Positions 58,036 to 64,000 of a stretch of 64,000 nt of DNA are shown here, in pieces. The notes beneath the pieces were generated by a model that worked only from the letters and a program-made list of their open reading frames with translations, was not told where the DNA came from and searched no databases. Made by a program: the position numbers and the translations under genes. The DNA is taken from positions 1,103-65,102 of the forward strand of contig JBIJDU010000006.1 of NCBI GenBank assembly GCA_044343935.1, written 5' to 3'. The DNA is from Candidatus Nanopelagicales bacterium. Its GTDB lineage: Bacteria > Actinomycetota > Actinomycetes > S36-B12 > UBA5976. Each line of letters opens with the position of its first letter. The stretch's first letter is position 1.

Positions 58036-59448
58036 TTGAATAACTCGCTTGGACTCCCTGTGGTGATTCAGGGCGGCATGGGGGTGGCAGTTTCCGGTTG
58101 GGAACTGGCTTACAGCGTTGCTAATCACGGCCACTTGGGTGTGGTCAGCGGCACCGCGCTAGATACCGTGGTCGCTCGCCGATTACAAAATGGTGATCCG
58201 GGCGGGCATATGCGCCGAGCACTTGCTGAATTTCCTTATCCACAAGTTACCGAAAAATTGTTAGCTGCTTGGTATTTACCCGAAGGACGAAATGGGAAAC
58301 CCTATCGACCGATGCATCGCATTAGTTTGAAATCAAATGTTGAACATGATCAACTTGTTGCGGCGGCAAACTTTGCTGAAGTTTGGCTAGCCAAACAATC
58401 TGGCGGCAAAGTTGGCATTAACTTTTTAGAGAAACTACAAACCGCAACTCCAGCTGCGCTTTATGGCGCAATGCTGGCAGAAGTTGATGTGGTGTTAATG
58501 GGCGCTGGTATCCCGCGTGAAATCCCACAACTTATTCGAGATTTTGCGGCAGGTAACATTGGCGCCTTAACTGTTGACGCTGATCGACCTAATGATGTCG
58601 CTGCACCTAAGTTAAGTTTTGATCCAGTTGCGGCATTTGGCATTGCGAAAAAACTTAAAGCACCAAAGTTTTTAGCAATTGTGACAGCTGAAGTGTTAGC
58701 AAATTATTTGGCACGAAGTGAAATAACTCGCCCAGATGGTTTTGTGGTTGAGCATTGGATGGCAGGTGGCCACAATGCACCTCCTAGAAAATTACAAGAT
58801 ACCGAATCTGGCTTTGGTCCGCTAGATGAAGTTAACCTGGAAAAGATGCGCGCAGTTGGTTTGCCGTTCTGGTTAGCCGGTGGCCGGGCTACCGCTGCGG
58901 CGGTTAAAGATGCGATTGATCATGGTGCAGCAGGGGTTCAAGTTGGATCGTTGTTTGCGCTATCAAATGAATCTGGCATGCGCGATGATTTAAGAATTCA
59001 GATGTTGCAAGCAGCAAAAGAAAAGAAACTAAAGGTCAGAACAGATCATCGTGCCAGTCCAACGGGTTTTCCCTTTAAAGTAGTTGAACTACCGGGCACA
59101 GTTGGTATGGCAGAAACATTTAAAGCTCGACCAAAACTTTGTGACTTAGGTTATTTGAGATCAAACACTATTACCGATGATGGCAAAGTTATTTCAAAAT
59201 GCGCATCAGAGCCAGAGAAACCTTTTTTGCGCAAAGGTGGCGATGAAGCTGAGATCGAAGGCCGGATCTGTCTATGCAATGGCTTGCTAGCAACAATTGG
59301 GCTCGGTCAAGAACGCGCTGATGGTTATCACGAAGCACCACTTTTGACTTTAGGTGCGACAACTAGTGATGTGGAACATATGCTGCAACTGCATCCAGAT
59401 GGCTGGAGCGCGAAAGACGTATTGGATTTACTTACTTCAAAAATTTAA
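58036..59448 (+). CDS. nitronate monooxygenase / 2-nitropropane dioxygenase-like FMN enzyme
   Basis: VIQGGMGV, LGVVSGT, MGAGIP, AGGHN, GVQVGS motifs. Confidence 0.85.
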   Translation: MNNSLGLPVVIQGGMGVAVSGWELAYSVANHGHLGVVSGTALDTVVARRLQNGDPGGHMRRALAEFPYPQVTEKLLAAWYLPEGRNGKPYRPMHRISLKSNVEHDQLVAAANFAEVWLAKQSGGKVGINFLEKLQTATPAALYGAMLAEVDVVLMGAGIPREIPQLIRDFAAGNIGALTVDADRPNDVAAPKLSFDPVAAFGIAKKLKAPKFLAIVTAEVLANYLARSEITRPDGFVVEHWMAGGHNAPPRKLQDTESGFGPLDEVNLEKMRAVGLPFWLAGGRATAAAVKDAIDHGAAGVQVGSLFALSNESGMRDDLRIQMLQAAKEKKLKVRTDHRASPTGFPFKVVELPGTVGMAETFKARPKLCDLGYLRSNTITDDGKVISKCASEPEKPFLRKGGDEAEIEGRICLCNGLLATIGLGQERADGYHEAPLLTLGATTSDVEHMLQLHPDGWSAKDVLDLLTSKI

Positions 59449-59449
59449 G

Positions 59450-59526
59450 TGGTGGCCAGGGCCGGGATCGAACCGGCGACCTTCCACTTTTCAGGCGGAC
59501 GCTCGTACCGACTGAGCTACCTGGCC
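59450..59526 (-). tRNA. tRNA-Phe(GAA)
   Basis: GGCCAGGTAGCTCAG..TCCGC-CTGAAAA-GTGGA..GGTTCGATCC..CTGGCCACCA cloverleaf, CCA encoded. Confidence 0.97.
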
Positions 59527-59563
59527 ACACCACAAGGTGTTTCTAGCGAACTAGAAATACCAG

Positions 59564-59637
59564 CGACCCCGACGGGACTTGAACCCGCGACCTCCGCCGT
59601 GACAGGGCGGCGCGCTAACCAACTGCGCTACGGGGCC
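59564..59637 (-). tRNA. tRNA-Asp(GTC)
   Basis: GGCCCCGTAGCGCAG..CCGCC-CTGTCAC-GGCGG..GGTTCAAGTCC; CCA not encoded. Confidence 0.97.
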
Positions 59638-59657
59638 TCGTTGCGTAACGAGACACG

Positions 59658-59730
59658 TACCCCCAACGGGATTTGAACCCGCGCTACCGCCGTGAAAGGG
59701 CGGCGTCCTAGGCCGCTAGACGATGGGGGC
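59658..59730 (-). tRNA. tRNA-Glu(TTC)
   Basis: GCCCCCATCGTCTAG..CCGCC-CTTTCAC-GGCGG..GGTTCAAATCC; CCA not encoded. Confidence 0.97.
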
Positions 59731-59972
59731 CTGCAGGTTGAATAACTCAACCCGTTAGGAGAGGCGAAAGCGTATCTCAGCCCCAATGGCAATTGTTAGT
59801 CGGGGATTTGCCTATCTATAAATTCCCCGAAATAACTCATATTGGTCGAACTATTGCTGGGTAATCGTTATCCCAACTAATCTGATGATCGGTAAGAGTC
59901 GTAGTTAGTGGAATTTTCACAATCCGCTAATGCCCGCTCATTCTGATACGGTTGCAAGCGCAAGGGAGAGCT

Positions 59973-60779
59973 ATGGGACTAGAGATGTTTGATTTAACCG
60001 GCCGAGTTGCAATGGTTTCTGGTGCCGCAAGTGGAATGGGAAAAGCGATGGCGACAGCAGTTGCCGAAGCTGGTGCCGATGTGTTGCTAGTTGATTTTGA
60101 TCAAGAGGGAGTTGAGCAAACAAAGCGTGAACTTGCATATCTTGGTCGCAAAGTAGTAGCTGCAGTTTGTGATGTTTCTGACCTAAACGCAATTGACTCG
60201 CTATGGAAAACTTTAGATAAAGAATTTGGTCGAATTGATTTCTTAGGTAACGTGGCTGGCAACGGAGCGTTGGGAAAGCCAGAAGAGATTCCAATTGACA
60301 CTATAAAACAAGTGCTACAGAACCTGGTTGTGGGCCGCTTTTATATGTGTCAGCACGCTGGTAAGCGAATGCTCAAACAAGGAAAAGGTAGTATCGTCAA
60401 TATCGGCTCACTTGCGTCCATGAACGCACTTGGTCGTGGCCATGTTGCATACAGCATGTCTATGGGTGCAGTAATTCAAATGACCAGAGAGTTAAGTACT
60501 GAATGGAGTAGCCGCGGCGTTCGCGTTAATGCGATTCTGCCAGGCCAGGTAATGAATAAAGGCATGGAAAAACGGATCGCAGGGGATCCAGCCATTTTGG
60601 AAACTTGGTTACGAGGTTTACCAATTGGTCGGTTAGGTCAACCAGATGAAATTAAAGGATTGGCAGTTTTGCTAGCATCAGATGCATCTTCATTTATAAC
60701 TGGTGCGCTTATTCCATTCGATGGTGGCAACCTGGCCAAGAACGCTGGTGGTTCGCACCCAGGCATGCCAGGAAACTAA
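59973..60779 (+). CDS. short-chain dehydrogenase/reductase
   Basis: SGAASGMG, NVAG, YSMSM in place of the usual YxxxK, VNAILPG, PIGRLGQPDE; start after GGGAG. Confidence 0.88.
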   Translation: MGLEMFDLTGRVAMVSGAASGMGKAMATAVAEAGADVLLVDFDQEGVEQTKRELAYLGRKVVAAVCDVSDLNAIDSLWKTLDKEFGRIDFLGNVAGNGALGKPEEIPIDTIKQVLQNLVVGRFYMCQHAGKRMLKQGKGSIVNIGSLASMNALGRGHVAYSMSMGAVIQMTRELSTEWSSRGVRVNAILPGQVMNKGMEKRIAGDPAILETWLRGLPIGRLGQPDEIKGLAVLLASDASSFITGALIPFDGGNLAKNAGGSHPGMPGN

Positions 60780-61681
60780 TTGCGTTTTGATTGGGCCATG
60801 TTGTAAACAACTAGCCCGGTGATGGTGAGCAAAAGCGCTGGAATTACGGCCAAGCTAACTTCTTGGTTAAAAAATATCCAACCAATAAACGCAATTAACG
60901 GGATTTTTGCGAGTCCAGTTAACTGCAAGATAGCAGCTTGACCGTGCTTTAGATAAAGGTTGGTCAGGGTATGAACCACGATTTGACCAAAAAAAGTAAT
61001 TAACAAAATCCCAACCCAATCGCTAGATTCCACAACAGCAATTGACTGACCGGTTATGAAGCCATAAAAAAGGGCGATTACCGCAGCTAGCGTAAACACG
61101 ATTACGACATACGAAAAATTTGAAACTGTGGACCTAACTTTCTGGCCAATTACCATGTAAAGCGCAAAAGTGATCGCTGCAGTCAACAGCAGTAACAGCG
61201 AGGTTTGATTCTTTGCTTCAAACGTGTGCCCGGAATATGCATAAAGCAAGATTCCAGCGAAGCCAGCAATTAAACCTGCCCATTGGCCGCTAGAAAGAAA
61301 CTGTCGAAATACCACCATGCTGATTAAGCCAACCCAGATAGTTCCGGTGGATAAAATCGTATAAAAAACGGCAAAACTTACTTGATAAAGGCCTTCCATA
61401 TAAGTAATGAAATGAATGGCAAGAGCTAGTGCAGCAACCATCATGTAGAGCCATTGTGTTCTAGTTATTTGTCGGTAGAACTTTGGCTGCGTAACTAATG
61501 CTAACGGCAAGAAAAATAATCCACCCAAAATGCATCGCCAAAACGTTACGATAAGTGGATCCATCTCATATGCCAATACGATCGGACTAGTTATCAGCGC
61601 GGAAAACTGAATTATCAGCAAATAAATAGCATCTCGATGGCGGTAGTTTGAAATTCGGTCACTAGCGCCAGATAAAGTCAT
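60776..61681 (-). CDS. DMT/EamA family transporter
   Basis: 10 TM-like segments; VTFWRC..HFI pattern. Confidence 0.82.
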   Translation of the reverse strand: MTLSGASDRISNYRHRDAIYLLIIQFSALITSPIVLAYEMDPLIVTFWRCILGGLFFLPLALVTQPKFYRQITRTQWLYMMVAALALAIHFITYMEGLYQVSFAVFYTILSTGTIWVGLISMVVFRQFLSSGQWAGLIAGFAGILLYAYSGHTFEAKNQTSLLLLLTAAITFALYMVIGQKVRSTVSNFSYVVIVFTLAAVIALFYGFITGQSIAVVESSDWVGILLITFFGQIVVHTLTNLYLKHGQAAILQLTGLAKIPLIAFIGWIFFNQEVSLAVIPALLLTITGLVVYNMAQSKRN

Positions 61682-61688
61682 GATGAAA

Positions 61689-62606
61689 TCAATTTTCAGA
61701 CGTGGATACTTTGGGTTGCGCTAAGTTAAAAATAATCAACCCAACAATAGTGAGTATCAGTGCCGGAATTACTTCTAAACCAATTTGCTGATCAAACAAA
61801 ACCCAGCCTATAACGGCAACCAAGGGAATCTGGATCAATGTTGTAAGTTGCAATATTGCTGCCTCGCCATGCTTTAGATAAAGATTAGATACCGCATGCA
61901 CGAGAATCTGACCAAGAAATGTAATTAGTAAAATGCCTACCCAATCACCAGATTCTTCTACCCGAATAGAATTTTGAGTGATTACTGAATAAGTCAAAGA
62001 GATCAAGGCTGCCACTGAAAAGACAATCGATACGTAGGCAAAATTTGTTATGGTTGCGCGCACTTTCTGCCCAATCACAACGTAAACCGCACCACTAATA
62101 GCTGATGCCAACAGCCAAAGTAGTGCGGCTGAGTTCCTGGCCTCAAATGAATTACCAACATAGGCATAAAGCACAATTCCACCAACGCCAGCAACTAAAC
62201 CTGTCCACTGACCTGCAGTAAATACTTGCTTTAGTATGACAATGCCAATTAAGCCAATCCAAATTGCTCCAGTAGACATGATAGTTAGCGCAATACCTAA
62301 ACTCACTTGATAAAGCCCTTGCATTAGTCCAATAAAGTGAATTGAAAGTGCGGCACCGGCAATAATCATGTATCCCCATTGGGCTTTTGCTATTTTTCGG
62401 TAGAAACCTCTCTGGGTGAAAAGTGCAATAGGAATAAAGATCAATGCACCAAAAAAACAGCGCCAAAAGGTAACCAGGAGAGGATCCATCGAATAGGCCA
62501 CCACAATGGGATTAAGAATTAGTGCTGCAGTATTTACAGTAAATAAATAGATTATGTCGCGATAGCGATGTCCAGATATCCGATCGCCAGCAGCTGAGAT
62601 GCTCAT
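61689..62606 (-). CDS. DMT/EamA family transporter, tandem paralog
   Basis: collinear similarity with 60776-61681 (MDPL.VTFWRC, YQVS, FT.GQW.GL, DWVGILLITF.GQI.VH..NLYLKHG.AAILQLT). Confidence 0.82.
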   Translation of the reverse strand: MSISAAGDRISGHRYRDIIYLFTVNTAALILNPIVVAYSMDPLLVTFWRCFFGALIFIPIALFTQRGFYRKIAKAQWGYMIIAGAALSIHFIGLMQGLYQVSLGIALTIMSTGAIWIGLIGIVILKQVFTAGQWTGLVAGVGGIVLYAYVGNSFEARNSAALLWLLASAISGAVYVVIGQKVRATITNFAYVSIVFSVAALISLTYSVITQNSIRVEESGDWVGILLITFLGQILVHAVSNLYLKHGEAAILQLTTLIQIPLVAVIGWVLFDQQIGLEVIPALILTIVGLIIFNLAQPKVSTSEN

Positions 62607-63371
62607 TTAGTTAGCGGACCAACCACCATCCACTGATAACACGATGCCATGTACATATTCGGCAGCAGGTGAAGCTAGAAACACTGCAGCACCAGCAATA
62701 TCTTCTGGTTGGCCCCACCGTTGAGCTGTAATTCGACTCGAAATAAACGCATATCGTTCTGGCAAATTGGTTTTTAGTGCCTTATTTATGTCAGTCTCAA
62801 TGAATCCTGGAGCGATCGCATTCACATTCACGCCATGATGTGCCCATTCATTTGAGATGGCCTTAGTTATGCCTCCAATTGCATGTTTACTTGCGGCATA
62901 ACTGACGACATTCAACCCACCTTGCAAAGTCCATAACGAACCAATAAAAATTACTTTTCCGCTTTTACGCTCGACCATCTGTCGACCTAGTTCACGAGTC
63001 AATACAAATGGTGTGGTGAGGTTTACCTGCATCACTTTGTTCCACATCTCATCAGTGTGCTCTAGCGTCGGCGTTCGCTGGGTGATGCCAGAGTTATTAA
63101 CTAAAATATCGATCTTGGTCGAAGCCAGGTCCCGAGTTAGCGCTAACACTTCATCGTGGTTAGCAAAATCACATTTGATTGCAGTGAAACTTCGACCAGC
63201 TGCCGTAACGGCTGACTCAACCTCACTGCTATTGGTGTCAATCTGGGAGCTTATGCCAATAATGTCGGCTCCGTGCGCTGCCATAGCAGTAGCGATGGCT
63301 AGCCCAATTCCTTTTCTAGCCCCGGTAATTACAGCAGTTTTGCCACTTAGGTCGAAACTGGGAGATTTCAC
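62607..63371 (-). CDS. KduD-like 2-dehydro-3-deoxy-D-gluconate 5-dehydrogenase (SDR)
   Basis: TGARKGIG, NNSG, YAASKHA, NEWAHHGVNVNAIAPG, RWGQPED. Confidence 0.8.
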   Translation of the reverse strand: MKSPSFDLSGKTAVITGARKGIGLAIATAMAAHGADIIGISSQIDTNSSEVESAVTAAGRSFTAIKCDFANHDEVLALTRDLASTKIDILVNNSGITQRTPTLEHTDEMWNKVMQVNLTTPFVLTRELGRQMVERKSGKVIFIGSLWTLQGGLNVVSYAASKHAIGGITKAISNEWAHHGVNVNAIAPGFIETDINKALKTNLPERYAFISSRITAQRWGQPEDIAGAAVFLASPAAEYVHGIVLSVDGGWSAN

Positions 63372-63586
63372 TAATTCACCATGCCATATTGATTGAAGTA
63401 ATGGCGTGACCTTAGTTCAATGTGGATATCAAAGTCCAATGTTTATTAGATTCTTATTGAGTTGTTTACTATGAATTCGTTACCATATTATTGTGCTGAC
63501 CGTAATCGATTTATTGTGTTGACTATGACTGAACACGAGCCTACGCTTAAGCATCATCAGGGCATCAATCAACTAATTGGAGTGAA

Positions 63587-64000
63587 ATGACAAAGCCAGT
63601 GTTTGCGGTAGCAACCGGATCTATTGCAATGCCAAACTGGATTGACCCACTGGCGGCTGAACTTGGGTTTGAACTTCGAGCCGGATCAATTGATACGCCT
63701 GATGAAGTAGCAAAACTAACCGAAGGTGCGACCTCCCTATTAGTGGCGACACAACCTGTTACTCGCGAAAAGATTGCCGCACTTGCTGACAGTGTGGAAT
63801 CAATTGGTCGGATGGGAGTGGGACTCGATAACATCGATTTAGATGCAGCTAAAGATCACGGGATAGCAGTTGTTCATCAACCTGCTTATGCAGTTGATGA
63901 AGTGTCAAATCACGCGGCTGCAATGATCTTGGCTTCGAATCGAGTTTTATTACCATCCGACCAAGATCTTCGAGAGAACAGCTGGCGAACAAAAGACTTT
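63587..64000 (+). CDS. D-2-hydroxyacid dehydrogenase (PGDH/CtBP-like), truncated by window end; absent from the ORF track
   Basis: manual translation MTKPVFAV..IGRMGVGLDNIDLDAAKDHGIAVVHQPAYAVDEVSNHA; open to the window end; GGAG RBS. Confidence 0.88.
   Translation, partial: MTKPVFAVATGSIAMPNWIDPLAAELGFELRAGSIDTPDEVAKLTEGATSLLVATQPVTREKIAALADSVESIGRMGVGLDNIDLDAAKDHGIAVVHQPAYAVDEVSNHAAAMILASNRVLLPSDQDLRENSWRTKDF

Noticed and set aside
59449-59676. 75-aa ORF on the + strand
   Set aside because: It is the antisense of tRNA-Phe, tRNA-Asp and part of tRNA-Glu.
59450-59730. tRNA cluster as an integration site for the catabolic block at 59973-64000
   Set aside because: That block lies at the 5' side of the tRNAs, no duplicated tRNA 3' end was seen, and no integrase is adjacent.

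Overview
64-kb chromosomal window from a low-GC, compact-genome actinobacterium. The gene order (fbaA-DUF3151-purA, dcd, purD-B-C, purS-Q-L, purF-M-DUF3073-bldC, tRNA-Glu/Asp/Phe) and the style of the secreted proteins suggest a freshwater planktonic Actinomycetota; this taxonomy is inference. A core backbone of purine/pyrimidine genes, fbaA and three tRNAs is interleaved with accessory blocks. (i) Many secreted or cell-surface genes: four proteases, a 1359-aa C-type-lectin adhesin, an 855-aa S-layer-like protein and a DUF1800/DUF1501 pair. (ii) Two paralogous phage-type tyrosine integrases with no phage or transfer genes in the window, one directly upstream of the S-layer-like gene. (iii) An amino-sugar/sugar-acid catabolic island (GNAT, dehydrogenase, lactonase, ManD-like dehydratase, murQ, RpiR, ABC, nanE, BadF-type kinase, eda, kdgK, glcD/F-like). 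(iv) A ferric-iron ABC transporter. (v) A second catabolic block of SDRs, an EamA tandem pair and a hydroxyacid dehydrogenase cut by the window end. The strongest lead is a 29-aa basic C-terminal Cx15C tag shared by three secreted proteases of two catalytic classes, a candidate surface-anchoring/sorting module, with a possible permuted N-terminal version on a fourth protein. No CRISPR array, rRNA, IS transposase or prophage structural gene was seen.
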